From Klebsiella pneumoniae (lineage in GTDB: Bacteria > Pseudomonadota > Gammaproteobacteria > Burkholderiales > UBA3065): 64,000 bases of DNA. Each line of letters begins with the position of its first letter. Position 1 is the stretch's first letter. Position numbers and translations under genes: made by a program. A model generated the notes under the pieces. That model did not search any database, was not told the DNA's origin, and saw only the letters and a list, made by a program, of their open reading frames with translations. The DNA is taken from the NCBI GenBank assembly GCA_945897555.1, contig CAMDGF010000007.1, positions 444-64,443 on the forward strand. Direction: 5' to 3'. Below are positions 12,702 through 23,291 of this stretch, in pieces.

Positions 12702-14188
12702 GCGGCACCCCCTTGCCAGCCGTCGAGCGCCAAACGCGCATGCACCACGTCGCTGAACGGATACTTCTGCCCGGCGATCTCCTGCGTGGTCTCGTGGCCC
12801 TTGCCGGCCAGCAGCACGATGTCGCCAGCATGGGCCGCAGCCACGGCCAGCGTGATGGCGCGCGCGCGGTCGGGTTCGACCAGCCACTCGCAGTGGCTCG
12901 TGATGCCGCTGCGGATGTCCTCGAGGATGGCGGCCGGGTCCTCCGAGCGCGGATTGTCGCTGGTCAGCACCACGCGGTCGGCGAGGCGTGCCGCCACTTC
13001 GCCCATCAGCGGGCGCTTGCCGGCGTCGCGATCGCCACCGCAGCCGAACACGCAGTGCAAGCGGCCGTGTTCGCCGAGGCTCGGTCGCAGGCTTGCCAGG
13101 GCGTGTTCCAGTGCGTCCGGAGTGTGGGCGTAGTCGACCACCACCGAGGGCCCGCCAGCCAGGCGCAGCACCTGCATGCGGCCGTCGACTGGCAAGAAAT
13201 CGGCAGCGGCTGCAGCGGCCACGTCGAGGGGCACACCCGAGACGAGCATGCTGGCCAGCACACAGGAGATGTTGTCGGCATTGAACAGCCCGAGTACCGG
13301 CGCATGCACCTCGGCGCTGCCCCACGGCGAGGCAAGGCGGAAGTACAGCCCCTCGGCGTCCGCGCGCACGCCCTCCGGCCGCACGTCGCCGTGGTGGCCG
13401 ACGGTGACCACTTCGGTGCGGCTGCGGTCGATGCTGTCGGCGAGCTGTGCGCCGAAGGTCTGGTTGGTCACCACCACCGCGTATTGCAGTTCGTCCCAGT
13501 GAAACAGGCGTGACTTGGCGGCACCGTAGGCCTCGAGCGAGCCGTGGAAGTCCAGGTGGTCGCGGGTGAGGTTGGTGAACACCGCGACGTCGAACTCGAC
13601 CCCGTGGACGCGACCTTGGGCCAGACCATGGCTCGACACCTCCATCGCCACCGCTTCGGCGCCATCGCGTCGCAGTTCACCCAGGATGGTGTGCAGCACG
13701 GCCCCATCGGGCGTGGTGTTGGTCAGCGGTGCCAGCGTCTCGATGCCGTAGCCGAGGGTGCCGATGCGGCCACAGCGGCGTCCGGCCCGGGTGAGGCCGC
13801 TCGCCAGCCAGTGGCTGCAGGTGGTCTTGCCATTGGTGCCGGTGATGCCGACCGTCCACAGCGGCCGCCCCGGGTGGCCGGCCATCTCGGCGGCGATCCA
13901 GCCCAGCCGCCAGGCGAGGTCTGGCACGGCCTCGTTGGGGATGCTGATGTGCGGCGGCTCGATGCCAACCGGGTCCCAGAGCACGGCCACAGCGCCGGCG
14001 GCCACCGCGGCGTCGATGAAGCGGCGTCCATCGGCATGGTGGCCAGGCATGGCGGCGAACACATCGCCCGGTTCGACCAGCCGGCTGTCCACGCGCAGAC
14101 GCCGTCCGGCCAGCCCCATGGCATGGACGAAGCCCCGATCGAAGTCGGGGCGTCCGCTCGGCTGGTTTCCGTGGCGCAGCGCGTTCAT
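12698..14188 (-). CDS. murE: UDP-MurNAc-L-Ala-D-Glu--2,6-diaminopimelate ligase
   Basis: 496 aa; GITGTNGKTT P-loop; dcw position; ATG overlaps the ftsI stop. Confidence 0.92.
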   Translation of the reverse strand: MNALRHGNQPSGRPDFDRGFVHAMGLAGRRLRVDSRLVEPGDVFAAMPGHHADGRRFIDAAVAAGAVAVLWDPVGIEPPHISIPNEAVPDLAWRLGWIAAEMAGHPGRPLWTVGITGTNGKTTCSHWLASGLTRAGRRCGRIGTLGYGIETLAPLTNTTPDGAVLHTILGELRRDGAEAVAMEVSSHGLAQGRVHGVEFDVAVFTNLTRDHLDFHGSLEAYGAAKSRLFHWDELQYAVVVTNQTFGAQLADSIDRSRTEVVTVGHHGDVRPEGVRADAEGLYFRLASPWGSAEVHAPVLGLFNADNISCVLASMLVSGVPLDVAAAAAADFLPVDGRMQVLRLAGGPSVVVDYAHTPDALEHALASLRPSLGEHGRLHCVFGCGGDRDAGKRPLMGEVAARLADRVVLTSDNPRSEDPAAILEDIRSGITSHCEWLVEPDRARAITLAVAAAHAGDIVLLAGKGHETTQEIAGQKYPFSDVVHARLALDGWQGGAA

Positions 14189-16002
14189 CTGGGCGGGCCT
14201 TTGGCCGATGTCCCGTGGCGCGACGGATCGTCGGCGGCCACTTGGACCGCAGCTTGCGGTGCGGCCGGCTGAGCCGGGGGCGGCGCAGGGCGATTGTCGA
14301 CCCAGACCGGGTCGACCCGGTCGCGCGGCACGCCGTGCAGGCGCAGCGCCTCGCCCATCACCTTGCCGAACACCGGCGCCGCCACGGCGCCGCCATAGAT
14401 GGCGCCGGCACCCGGCTCGTCGACCATCACCGCGAGGACATAGCGTGGCGCGCTGGCCGGCGCGAAGCCGACGAACGATGCGATGTAGCTCTTGCCGTAG
14501 CCACCACCCTCGCGGATCTTGCGCGCGGTGCCGGTCTTGCCGGCGACCCGATAGCCGGGGATGGCCGCAGCCTTGGCGGTGCCGCCGTCTTGCGTCACCA
14601 TCTCCAGCATGGCGCGCACCTGGTGCGCGGTCTCGCTCGAGATGACCCGCTCGCCCTGTGGCGCATCGGTCTCGCGAGTCAGGCGGATGGGGATCATGTC
14701 GCCATCACGGGCGAACACCAGATAGGCGCGCGCCATCTGCAGCAGACTCACCGCCACGCCATTGCCATACGACATCACCACCTGGTCGACCGGCTTCCAG
14801 GTCTTCCAGGGGCGCAGCATGCCGGTGGCCTCGCCGGGGAAGCCGGTGCCGGGGGGCACGCCAAAACCGAAGCGGTGCAGATACTCCCAGTGACGCGAAG
14901 GCTGCACCTGCAGCGCCATCTTGAGAGAGCCGACGTTGCTCGACTGCTGGATGATCTCGGTGACCGTCATGAAACGCGATTTGGGGTGCGTGTCCTTGAT
15001 GGTGTGCTTGCCGATGCGGTAGCTGCCGTCGCCCACGTCGATGCGCGTGTCGGGCTCGACGATGCCCTCCTCCAGCGCCATCGCAGCGGTGAAAGGTTTC
15101 ATCGTCGAGCCAGGCTCGTAAAGGTCGATGACAGTGCGGTTGCGCGTGCGGTCGGGGTCGGCGCGCTCGTCGTTGTTGGGGTTGTAGGCGGGGTAGTTGG
15201 CCATCGCCAGTACTTCGCCGCTGTGCACATCGAGCATGACGATGCCGCCGCCGCGCGCTTTGTTGCGCAGCACGGCCTCGCGCAGTTCGCGGTAGGCGAG
15301 GTATTGCAGGTCGCGGTCGATGGCCAGCGCGAGATCGCGGCCGTGCTGCGGGGGCAAGACGCTGCGCGCATCGTCGACCCACTGGCCACGGCTGTTGCGC
15401 AGGCCCACGCGTTTGCCGTCGATACCGCCGAGGTCGCGATCGAAGGCCCGCTCGATGCCTGCCCGGCCGACGTCGTTGCGGCTCGCATCGCGGCCGGTGA
15501 AGCCGACCAGATGGCCGGCCTCTTCGGCAGCCGGATAGAAGCGCCTGAAGTCGGTCTCAAAACCAAGGCCGGCGATGCGCAGAGCGCGCACGCGATCGGC
15601 TTGCTCATCGGTGAGGTGGCGGCGCAGATAGACGAAGCCCTGCCGAGTGTCGGCAAGTTGCGCCTGCAAGCGCTCGCTGGGCATCTCGAGCGCCTTGGCC
15701 AGCGCCTCAAGTTGCCCCGGTTTGAGCGTGAGGTGGCGTGGGTCGGCGGTGATCGATACGAGCGGCACGCTCACCGCCAGCAGGGCGCCTCGGCGGTCGA
15801 CGATCTTGCCGCGGTGTGCCGGGATGTCTTGCGCGGTCTGCACCCGGCGATCGGCCTGTGCCTGCAGGAAGTCGTTCTGGACGCTGGCGAGCCAGCCGGC
15901 CCGCGCCACGAGGCCGAGGGCAGCGGCGCTGAACAGGCCGAGGATGACGGTGGATCGCCACGGCTTGAGGCGCAGCGCAAGGGCCGGGTGCGGGGCGCTC
16001 AC
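14185..16002 (-). CDS. ftsI: peptidoglycan D,D-transpeptidase FtsI (PBP3)
   Basis: 605 aa. N-terminal TM segment and class B PBP motifs STMKPF (SxxK), SSN and KTGT. GTG start overlaps the ftsL stop (GTGA). Confidence 0.92.
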   Translation of the reverse strand: MSAPHPALALRLKPWRSTVILGLFSAAALGLVARAGWLASVQNDFLQAQADRRVQTAQDIPAHRGKIVDRRGALLAVSVPLVSITADPRHLTLKPGQLEALAKALEMPSERLQAQLADTRQGFVYLRRHLTDEQADRVRALRIAGLGFETDFRRFYPAAEEAGHLVGFTGRDASRNDVGRAGIERAFDRDLGGIDGKRVGLRNSRGQWVDDARSVLPPQHGRDLALAIDRDLQYLAYRELREAVLRNKARGGGIVMLDVHSGEVLAMANYPAYNPNNDERADPDRTRNRTVIDLYEPGSTMKPFTAAMALEEGIVEPDTRIDVGDGSYRIGKHTIKDTHPKSRFMTVTEIIQQSSNVGSLKMALQVQPSRHWEYLHRFGFGVPPGTGFPGEATGMLRPWKTWKPVDQVVMSYGNGVAVSLLQMARAYLVFARDGDMIPIRLTRETDAPQGERVISSETAHQVRAMLEMVTQDGGTAKAAAIPGYRVAGKTGTARKIREGGGYGKSYIASFVGFAPASAPRYVLAVMVDEPGAGAIYGGAVAAPVFGKVMGEALRLHGVPRDRVDPVWVDNRPAPPPAQPAAPQAAVQVAADDPSRHGTSAKGPPR

Positions 16003-16301
16003 GGCGTGGCCTCGTCGGTTGCCGCAGTGGCGACTGCGGCCGGCTCGGGCAGCGCCTGTAGCTGCGGGCCGGTCGGGATGGACATGCCGAGGCGCTCGCG
16101 CGCCACCGCCTCGACACGCCCGTGAGCCGACAAGGTGCTCTGCTCGAGTTGCAGCTCGGTGCGCTCAACCTCGAGTTTGCGTGTCTGCTCCTGCATCGCA
16201 TACAAGCGGATGTAGAGGCTGCGGGCCTGGTGCTGCGTCATGACGACGGCGATGGCGCTGCCCAGCAGCGCCAGCAGCAACCAGAAGTGATGGGTGGTCA
16301 C
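15999..16301 (-). CDS. ftsL: cell division protein FtsL
   Basis: 100 aa. One TM segment ([16 protein letters not shown]) followed by a coiled-coil-like region, between rsmH and ftsI. GTG start overlaps the rsmH stop. Confidence 0.78.
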   Translation of the reverse strand: MTTHHFWLLLALLGSAIAVVMTQHQARSLYIRLYAMQEQTRKLEVERTELQLEQSTLSAHGRVEAVARERLGMSIPTGPQLQALPEPAAVATAATDEATP

Positions 16302-17233
16302 GCCAGCGCCCCTTCGGTGCGTTCGGCCGCTCGCATCACCGCGCTGCGGGCGCGCGGGTTGGCCGCCACTTCTGCCGCCGAGGGCTTGATGGCGCGGCCG
16401 ACCGCCGCCAGCGGGCGCGGCGGCAACTGGTCCTCGCGCAGCGGCAGCCGCGCGAGGTCATCCGGCACCGTGCTGTGGCGACGGATGAAGTGCTTCACGA
16501 GCCGATCTTCAAGCGAGTGGAACGCGATGGCCACCAGTCGTCCTCGAGCAGCAAGGTGTTGCAGGCCCTGCCCGAGTGCCGCTTCCAGTTCCTCGAGTTC
16601 GCGGTTGATGTGAATGCGAACGGCCTGAAAGGTGCGGGTGGCTGGGTCCTGGCCGGGCTCGCGCTTGCGTACCGCCGCAGCGACGACCTGCGCGAGTTGC
16701 CGGGTGCCTGTGAGCGGGCCCGTCTGGCGCGCCGTGACAATTGCGCGCGCAACCTGCTTAGCAAACCGCTCTTCTCCGTACTTGCGGATGATGTGTGCCA
16801 GCTCATCTTCATCTACCTCCTCAAGCCATTGGGCGGCACTCGGCCCGCGCGTGGGGTCCATGCGCATGTCGAGAGGCCCGTCTTGGCGAAAGCTGAAACC
16901 CCGCTGTGCGTCGTCGATCTGCGGGGAGGACACGCCGACGTCCAGTAGCAGGCCGTCGATGTGGGTGATGCCGTGCTCGTCGAGCACGCGCCCGAGATGG
17001 GAGAACGGGGCGTGGACGATGCTGAAGCGCGGGTCGGCGATGTCTGCGGCGGCAGCCACCGCGGTGGGGTCGCGGTCGAGGGCGAGCAGCCGACCGTGCG
17101 GGCCGAGACGCTGGAGGATGGCGCGGCTGTGTCCGCCACGCCCAAAGGTGGCGTCGACGTAGATGCCGTTCGGGTCGATCCGCAGTGCGTCGAGTGCTTC
17201 GTCGAGAAGGACCGGGACATGCGCCGGGCTCAC
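16298..17233 (-). CDS. rsmH: 16S rRNA (cytosine1402-N4)-methyltransferase
   Basis: ORF trimmed to GTG 17233, which overlaps the mraZ TGA. Reads [17 protein letters not shown]...[10 protein letters not shown] (SAM-binding motif). Confidence 0.9.
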   Translation of the reverse strand: MSPAHVPVLLDEALDALRIDPNGIYVDATFGRGGHSRAILQRLGPHGRLLALDRDPTAVAAAADIADPRFSIVHAPFSHLGRVLDEHGITHIDGLLLDVGVSSPQIDDAQRGFSFRQDGPLDMRMDPTRGPSAAQWLEEVDEDELAHIIRKYGEERFAKQVARAIVTARQTGPLTGTRQLAQVVAAAVRKREPGQDPATRTFQAVRIHINRELEELEAALGQGLQHLAARGRLVAIAFHSLEDRLVKHFIRRHSTVPDDLARLPLREDQLPPRPLAAVGRAIKPSAAEVAANPRARSAVMRAAERTEGALA

Positions 17234-17670
17234 AGGATGAAGTTCATGTCGGCCGGCCACTCGCTGACCGGCAGGGCGAGGGTGCGGTCGCGCTCCTCGG
17301 CCCAGAGGCTGTCGGCCCAGAGTTCGAGTTTGTTGCCTTGACCGACCAGCATCACCGTCTTGTCGAGCTTGGCGATCTCGCGAAGGACGGGCGGGACGAG
17401 CACTCGGCCGGCACTGTCGATGTCGAGTTCCTCGGCGTGGCCGATGACCAGGCGCTTGAGTGCGATCACGCGCGGGTCCATGCCGACGCGCTCGAACTGC
17501 GCCTCGACCGCCTTCCATTCTGGAATGGGATACATCGCCAGGCAGCCGGCGCGGTCGAGCGTCACCATGACGCGGCTCTCGAAACCCTCAGGCAGGGCGG
17601 CGCGATGCTTGGTCGGCATCACCAGGCGCCCTTTGTTATCCAGATTGAGTTTCGTCAGACCCCGAAACAT
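17230..17670 (-). CDS. mraZ: transcriptional regulator MraZ
   Basis: Trimmed to ATG 17670: [23 protein letters not shown]..., with a duplicated SpoVT/AbrB-like fold. First gene of the dcw cluster. Confidence 0.9.
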   Translation of the reverse strand: MFRGLTKLNLDNKGRLVMPTKHRAALPEGFESRVMVTLDRAGCLAMYPIPEWKAVEAQFERVGMDPRVIALKRLVIGHAEELDIDSAGRVLVPPVLREIAKLDKTVMLVGQGNKLELWADSLWAEERDRTLALPVSEWPADMNFIL

Positions 17671-17695
17671 CGCACCCCCGACGCCGCTGAGATTT

Positions 17696-17730
17696 CCCAC
17701 AAAATCCCACTGCACGCCACTTTTCCCCAC
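17696..17730 (-). promoter_or_regulatory. putative MraZ operator: four direct GTGGG/GTGGC repeats at exact 10-nt spacing
   Basis: The minus strand reads GTGGGgaaaaGTGGCgtgcaGTGGGattttGTGGGaaatc, 26-60 nt upstream of the mraZ ATG. This matches the TGGGN direct-repeat architecture reported for E. coli MraZ binding. Confidence 0.55.
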
Positions 17731-17758
17731 TATAAGGATGAGGATGGGGCAAGGTCAA
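17729..17758 (-). promoter_or_regulatory. putative sigma70 promoter of the dcw cluster (Pmra)
   Basis: The minus strand reads TTGACC (17758..17753), then an 18-nt spacer, then TATAGT (17734..17729). The first GTGGG repeat follows immediately. Confidence 0.5.
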
Positions 17759-17910
17759 GGTGGTCTGCAGGTTTTTTGCGCGAGCGCAGGCCGAGCCACC
17801 CACGATGTCGAAAAGCATTTTGGGTTCAGGGGTTTGGTCCGGCCGGGCGAGGGCGCGGCCGAGCCCCGGGTGGGGCCTCTCTGGCCCACCGGCGCACATG
17901 CTGGAATGAA

Positions 17911-18282
<372 letters not shown>

Positions 18283-18363
18283 AATCGCAGTCTATCAGGC
18301 CGTTCGGCAATGCCCTGAGCTGATGCGGGAGAGCGGCTGTGGGCGCGGGGCGGGCCTGTGCGG

Positions 18364-19299
18364 TCACCGCAGCTGGGGTGAGGCCTGTCCGGGCAGATGC
18401 TGCACCCCGCGGTCTGGCAGGTCGGACAAGGTGCGGTCGAGGAAGTCGATCGCCGCATCCACTGCGCCCCCATCCAGCAGAAATGCCGCCACATGTCCGC
18501 GACCGCCCTCGATGTAGAGTTCGCTGCGAACACCGACGCGATCCAGCGCTGCCTTGTAGTCGGTGGCGTGGTCCAGTGGTACCACCATGTCCAGCGCACC
18601 GTGATAGAGGAACACCGGTGGGTCGTCGGCGCTCACGTGGCGGATGGGTGATGCCGCAGCGTAGCGCTCCGGCACCTCGTCCGGGCGGCCGCCGAGGTAG
18701 CGCACCACCAGCTTGCCGTCGGGCCACTTGGCGAGCTCGGTGGGCGCGCCGCCAGCCACCACCGCCTGGATGCGCTGGTTGGCGGGTGCGTCGAGCGTTC
18801 CGAGCAACGCCGCCAAATGCCCACCCGCTGAGTAGCCGAAGGCGGCGACCCGGTCCGGGCGTGCTCCGAGTTCGCTGGCTTGTTCGCGCAGCCAAGCCAG
18901 CGCCTGGCGCAGATCGTCGACCGCGGCCGGGTGCTGGTGCTTTGGCGCCAGCCGGTAAGTGGCGTTCATCACCACATAGCCCCGCGCGGCCAATCGCTCG
19001 GCGATCGACGTCATCTGCGAGCGGCGATCGGGTGGCGCCCAGCCACCGCCGTGGATCAACAGCACGGCGGGCCACTGGCCTTCGCCAATGGGCCGGTAGA
19101 GGTCGGCGCGCAGCGTCTCTGGCCAGCCCGGCGGGCTGTAGATCCGGTCGCGCTCAACGCTAAAGACGGTGCGGGTGGGCTGAGTGGCGCTCGCACCTGT
19201 TGGCTTGCCGAGGTGTGTGACGCAACCGGCCAGAAGTGCCGCTCCCAGTAGCGCGCCAAGGCCCAAGCAGGGTCCGCGCATGGCTACTGCAAGCGCCAT
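18364..19299 (-). CDS. alpha/beta-hydrolase lipoprotein (esterase/lipase-like)
   Basis: 311 aa. Lipobox LLAGC after a hydrophobic N-terminus; HGGGW oxyanion motif; GYSAGG nucleophile elbow. An alternative ATG at 19281 would remove the 16-nt overlap with pyrC. Confidence 0.8.
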   Translation of the reverse strand: MALAVAMRGPCLGLGALLGAALLAGCVTHLGKPTGASATQPTRTVFSVERDRIYSPPGWPETLRADLYRPIGEGQWPAVLLIHGGGWAPPDRRSQMTSIAERLAARGYVVMNATYRLAPKHQHPAAVDDLRQALAWLREQASELGARPDRVAAFGYSAGGHLAALLGTLDAPANQRIQAVVAGGAPTELAKWPDGKLVVRYLGGRPDEVPERYAAASPIRHVSADDPPVFLYHGALDMVVPLDHATDYKAALDRVGVRSELYIEGGRGHVAAFLLDGGAVDAAIDFLDRTLSDLPDRGVQHLPGQASPQLR

Positions 19300-20324
19300 C
19301 GCAGGGTCTCGCCAGCGCGGAACGGCACCAGGCGGTCGCCGTCTGGCCCGTAGGGTAGGTCGGCCGGCACCGCATGCGCTTCGCGGCGCAGCGTCACCAT
19401 GCCGGCGTTGCGCGGCAGCCCATAGAAGTCGGGCCCGAAATGGCTGGCAAAGCCCTCCAGCCGGTCGAGCGCGCCAGCCGCCTCAAAGGCCTCCGCGTAC
19501 AACGCCAGCGCGGTGAGTGCGGTGTAGCAGCCGGCGCAGCCGCAGTCGGCTTCCTTGGTGTGGCGGGCGTGCGGGGCGCTGTCGGTGCCGAGGAAGAACT
19601 TGGGGTCGCCGCTGGTGGCGGCCTCTACCAGGGCCACGCGATGCACCTCGCGCTTGAGCACCGGCAGACAGTAGTTGTGCGGCCGGATACCGCCCTGGAA
19701 CAGTGCGTTGCGGTTGTAGAGCAGGTGGTGCGCGGTGATGGTGGCGGCCACGTTCGGGCCGGCCTGCGCCACGAACTGGGCGGCGTCGCGCGTGGTGATG
19801 TGCTCAAAGACCACGCGCAGGGCCGGGTGGCGCTGCAGCAGCGGGCCGAGTATGCGGTCGATGAACACCGCCTCGCGGTCGAAGACGTCGATCTCGGTGT
19901 CGGTCACCTCGCCATGGATCAGCAGCGGCATGCCCAGCCGCGCCATCTCGGCAAGTGTGTCGTCGCAGCGGCGGATGTCGGTGACGCCGGAGTCGGAGTG
20001 GGTGGTTGCACCAGCCGGGTACAGCTTGACGCCGTGGACGAAGCCGCTGGCTTTGGCGGCGGCGATCTCGGCCGGCGGCGTGGCGTCGGTGAGGTAGAGC
20101 GTCATCAGAGGCTGGAAATCGCTGCCTGCCGGCCGCGCGGCCAGGATGCGCTCGCGGTAGGCGCCCGCCAGCGCGGTGGTGGTGACCGGCGGCTTGAGGT
20201 TGGGCATGACGATGGCGCGGGCGAACTGGTGCGCGGTATCGGGCAGCACCGCAGCCAGCGCGACACCATCGCGCAGGTGCAGGTGCCAGTCGTCGGGGCG
20301 GGTCAGGGTGAGGGTGTCTGTCAT
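19284..20324 (-). CDS. pyrC: dihydroorotase (homodimeric type)
   Basis: Trimmed to ATG 20324: [20 protein letters not shown]... (HxH metal motif), 346 aa. Confidence 0.9.
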   Translation of the reverse strand: MTDTLTLTRPDDWHLHLRDGVALAAVLPDTAHQFARAIVMPNLKPPVTTTALAGAYRERILAARPAGSDFQPLMTLYLTDATPPAEIAAAKASGFVHGVKLYPAGATTHSDSGVTDIRRCDDTLAEMARLGMPLLIHGEVTDTEIDVFDREAVFIDRILGPLLQRHPALRVVFEHITTRDAAQFVAQAGPNVAATITAHHLLYNRNALFQGGIRPHNYCLPVLKREVHRVALVEAATSGDPKFFLGTDSAPHARHTKEADCGCAGCYTALTALALYAEAFEAAGALDRLEGFASHFGPDFYGLPRNAGMVTLRREAHAVPADLPYGPDGDRLVPFRAGETLRWRLQ

Positions 20325-20380
20325 GCCGAGGAGTTTAGCGCGGCGGCCGGGCCGGCCGGCGGAGGCGGTACGATGCGCCG

Positions 20381-20737
20381 ATGTCCGATGAGCCATTGAC
20401 CATCGCCTGCCTCTGCGCCGCCTGGTGTCGCACCTGCGATGCCTATCGCGAGGTGTTCGAGTCCGCCGCGGCCGAACTCCGCGCGGCTGGCCACACGGTC
20501 ACGGCACACTGGATCGACATCGAGGATCAGGCCGACCTGGTTGGTGATCTGGATGTGGAGACCTTCCCGACGCTGCTGCTGGTGGTCGGTGGCGAGGTGC
20601 GTTTCTTCGGGCCGCTGGAGCCGCAGCCGGAGACCTTGCGGCGGATGCTGCGCGGGGCTCTGGAGGTGCCCGGTGGCGCGGGTGTCATGGAGGCGCCCGC
20701 TGCGTTGGAGCGGATGCTTCGCGTGCTTGCCGGCTGA
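20381..20737 (+). CDS. thioredoxin-like protein
   Basis: 118 aa. WCRTC motif in a Trx-like context ([11 protein letters not shown] ... FPTLLLV). Family assignment is from motifs only. Confidence 0.65.
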   Translation: MSDEPLTIACLCAAWCRTCDAYREVFESAAAELRAAGHTVTAHWIDIEDQADLVGDLDVETFPTLLLVVGGEVRFFGPLEPQPETLRRMLRGALEVPGGAGVMEAPAALERMLRVLAG

Positions 20738-20817
20738 TGGGCAGAGGATCGGCCTTGCCCGCGATCACGCCGGCCGGGCAGCTTTGCTCCGGTCGCGCCG
20801 GATGGGCAGTAGCCGGG

Positions 20818-21216
20818 TCAGATCACCTGCGACAGGTCGTAACCAGCGTTGCGGGCCGCCGCGACCATGGCCTCGCGGTCGCCGTGGTTGCGCTGCGACA
20901 GCGCCCACAGCGTGATCGAACGCGTGCCCGAGCGGCAGTAGGCCAGCACCGGCTTGGGCAGGTCGGGCCAGGCCTTCTCCATCGCGTCCACATGAGCCTG
21001 CGTCATGCCGCCACCGGCCACCGGCAGGAACAGCGTGGCCAGCCCGGCGGCCTGCGCTGCGGCCTCCACCTCGGCGAACGCCGGTTGGTCGAACGACTCG
21101 CCATCCGGGCGGTTGCAGACGATGCTGGCGAAGCCGGCTGCCTTGACCGCCTCGATCTCCTCGGGGGCGATCTGCGGGCTGACGGCGAGGTCTGGGGTGA
21201 CGCGGCGGATGTCCAT
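20818..21216 (-). CDS. DUF442/TIGR01244-family phosphatase-like sulfurtransferase domain protein
   Basis: Trimmed to ATG 21216 with AGGAGA SD upstream. Reads MDIRRVTPDLAVSPQIAPEEIEAVKAAGFASIVCNRPDGE... with a CX5R loop (YCRSGTRS). Confidence 0.75.
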   Translation of the reverse strand: MDIRRVTPDLAVSPQIAPEEIEAVKAAGFASIVCNRPDGESFDQPAFAEVEAAAQAAGLATLFLPVAGGGMTQAHVDAMEKAWPDLPKPVLAYCRSGTRSITLWALSQRNHGDREAMVAAARNAGYDLSQVI

Positions 21217-21293
21217 GCGGGCTTCTCCTGAGGGGGCTTTAGGTCGTCTGGCGGATGCGCTGTTGCCAGCGACCGCCGATGATGAGTGCCGGA

Positions 21294-22151
21294 TTATCGG
21301 TCCGGTTTCAATTCCAGTGCGCGACGGTAGAGCGTCTGCCGGTCGATCCCGGTCGCCTTGGCGGCCAGCCGCGCCGCCTGGTTGGGCGGCAGTTCCTCGA
21401 GGAGCACGCGCATCAAACCATCCGCCTGCGCTGTATCGGGTGCTGTCTCGCCGGCGGCGTCGATCAACAGAACGAACTCGCCGCGCAGGCGGTCGGGGTC
21501 GGCGCCCAGCCATGCCGCGGCCTCGGCCAGTGGCAGCCGGTGCAGGGTCTCGAAGCGCTTGGTCAGCTCGCGTGCTACCAGACACTGCCGCTGGCCGCCC
21601 AGCGCGGCGGCCATGTCGGCCACCGATTCGAGCACGCGATGCGGTGCCTCGTAGAACACCAGCGCGCCCGGCACGGCTGCCAGCGCGGTCAGCGCCTTGC
21701 GCCGGGCTGCAGCCTTGGCCGGCAGGAAGCCGACGAAGGTCACCGGCCCGGGCGGCAGGCCGCTGGCCGACAGCGCGCAGGCGAGCGCGCTGGGGCCGGG
21801 GATCGGCACTACCGTCAGACCTGCCGCGCGTACTGCGGTAACGACGACGGCGCCGGGGTCCGACACCCCCGGCGTGCCAGCATCGCTGATCAGAGCGATG
21901 CGCTCGCCCTGCAGCAGCGCCTCGACGATGCGCGCCGCCGCGGCGGCCTCGTTGTGCATGTGCGCGGCGAACAGCGGCGTCGTGATGCCGTGGTGCAGCA
22001 GCAGCGGCCGCGAGTGCCGCGTGTCCTCGCAGGCGATGCGGTCGACGCCGCGCAACACATCAAGTGCGCGCAGGGTGATGTCGCTGAGGTTGCCGATCGG
22101 CGTCGCCACTACGTAGAGCGCGGGCGGCAGGGCGAGGGGGCTGGCGGTCAT
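21294..22151 (-). CDS. rsmI: 16S rRNA (cytidine1402-2'-O)-methyltransferase
   Basis: 285 aa; LYVVATPIGNLSDITLRAL... tetrapyrrole-methylase-fold N-terminus; divergent from yraN as in E. coli. Confidence 0.9.
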   Translation of the reverse strand: MTASPLALPPALYVVATPIGNLSDITLRALDVLRGVDRIACEDTRHSRPLLLHHGITTPLFAAHMHNEAAAAARIVEALLQGERIALISDAGTPGVSDPGAVVVTAVRAAGLTVVPIPGPSALACALSASGLPPGPVTFVGFLPAKAAARRKALTALAAVPGALVFYEAPHRVLESVADMAAALGGQRQCLVARELTKRFETLHRLPLAEAAAWLGADPDRLRGEFVLLIDAAGETAPDTAQADGLMRVLLEELPPNQAARLAAKATGIDRQTLYRRALELKPDR

Positions 22152-22295
22152 GGCGCGGAGTAGTCGGGTGGCGCAGATCGGCGCTTGCGCCGACTATACG
22201 CGAGCGTCACGGCACGGCTGTCGCGCGGCTCGCGCTCGGCACCCTCGCCACACCGCAGGCGGCACGCCCGGGTGGCCCGCCTTGGCGGTGCCCGG

Positions 22296-22637
22296 ATGAA
22301 CACCCTCGGGCAAGCCGCCGAAGCGCTTGCCGCCGCCCACTTGCAGGGTGCCGGCTTGCAGGTCCTCGCGCGAAACTACCAATGCCGGCTGGGCGAGATC
22401 GATCTGGTCTGCCGCGAGGCCGAAGTGCTGGTGTTCGTCGAAGTGCGGCAACGGCGCTCCGAGCGCTTTGGCGGCGCTGCAGGCAGCCTGACGGCGCGCA
22501 AGCAGACGCGCATCCGGCTCGCAGCCAGGCACTACCTCATGCACCTCGGCCGCGAACCCGCGTGTCGCTTCGATGTGGTGTTGGTGCGTGGCGTCAAGCA
22601 ATCGGTCGAATGGATACGCAACGCATTCGAGGCGTGA
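22296..22637 (+). CDS. yraN: YraN-family (UPF0102) endonuclease-like protein
   Basis: Trimmed to ATG 22296: MNTLGQAAEALAAAHLQGAGLQVLARNYQCRLGEIDLV...FVEVRQR, 113 aa. Confidence 0.85.
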   Translation: MNTLGQAAEALAAAHLQGAGLQVLARNYQCRLGEIDLVCREAEVLVFVEVRQRRSERFGGAAGSLTARKQTRIRLAARHYLMHLGREPACRFDVVLVRGVKQSVEWIRNAFEA

Positions 22638-22696
22638 AACAATACGACCGTAACAGAGGTCGTGTATGACTGACACATAACTTTTGCGGAGATGCC

Positions 22697-23275
22697 ATGC
22701 GCTTTGCCCAGCTCGCTGCCGTTCTGGTCGCTGTCGGGATGACCGCGCCGCTCTCGGGGTGTTTCCCGATCGTGGCCGGAGGCGTTGGCGTGGGCGCGAT
22801 GATGGCAGAAGACCGCCGGACCACCGGCATCTACATCGAGGACGAGCGGCTCGAGTTGCGCGTACAGTCCGAGGTCGCCAAGCTCGGTGACAAGGTGCAC
22901 GTCAACGCGACCAGTTTTAACCGCCTGGTCCTGCTCACTGGCGAGGTGCCCGATGAGGCCGCCAAGGCCAAGGTCGAGAAGGCTGCCGCCGCAGTCGACA
23001 ACGTCAAGCGTGTGCAGAACGAACTGGTCGTGGCGCGACCGAGCACGCTTGGCGAGCGCAGCAACGACATCTACGTCACGACCCGCATCAAAGCGCGCTT
23101 CCTCAGCGAGTCAAAGAAGCGTTTCTCGCCCAACCACGTCAAGGTGGTCACCGAACTGGCGACCGTCTATCTCATGGGCTTGGTCAGCAAGGACGAGGCT
23201 GCGGCCGCGGCCGAGATCGCTGCGGGTACGCCGGGCGTCAAGCGCGTGGTGAAGGTGTTCGAGTACACCGAGTGA
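22697..23275 (+). CDS. dolP: dual-BON-domain outer-membrane lipoprotein (DolP/YraP-like)
   Basis: 192 aa. Lipobox LSGC and two BON repeats. Collinear by eye with E. coli YraP (..VTTENGEVFLMGLV.. versus ..VVTELATVYLMGLV..). Follows yraN. Confidence 0.8.
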   Translation: MRFAQLAAVLVAVGMTAPLSGCFPIVAGGVGVGAMMAEDRRTTGIYIEDERLELRVQSEVAKLGDKVHVNATSFNRLVLLTGEVPDEAAKAKVEKAAAAVDNVKRVQNELVVARPSTLGERSNDIYVTTRIKARFLSESKKRFSPNHVKVVTELATVYLMGLVSKDEAAAAAEIAAGTPGVKRVVKVFEYTE

Positions 23276-23291
23276 GGTCTAGACTGACGTG

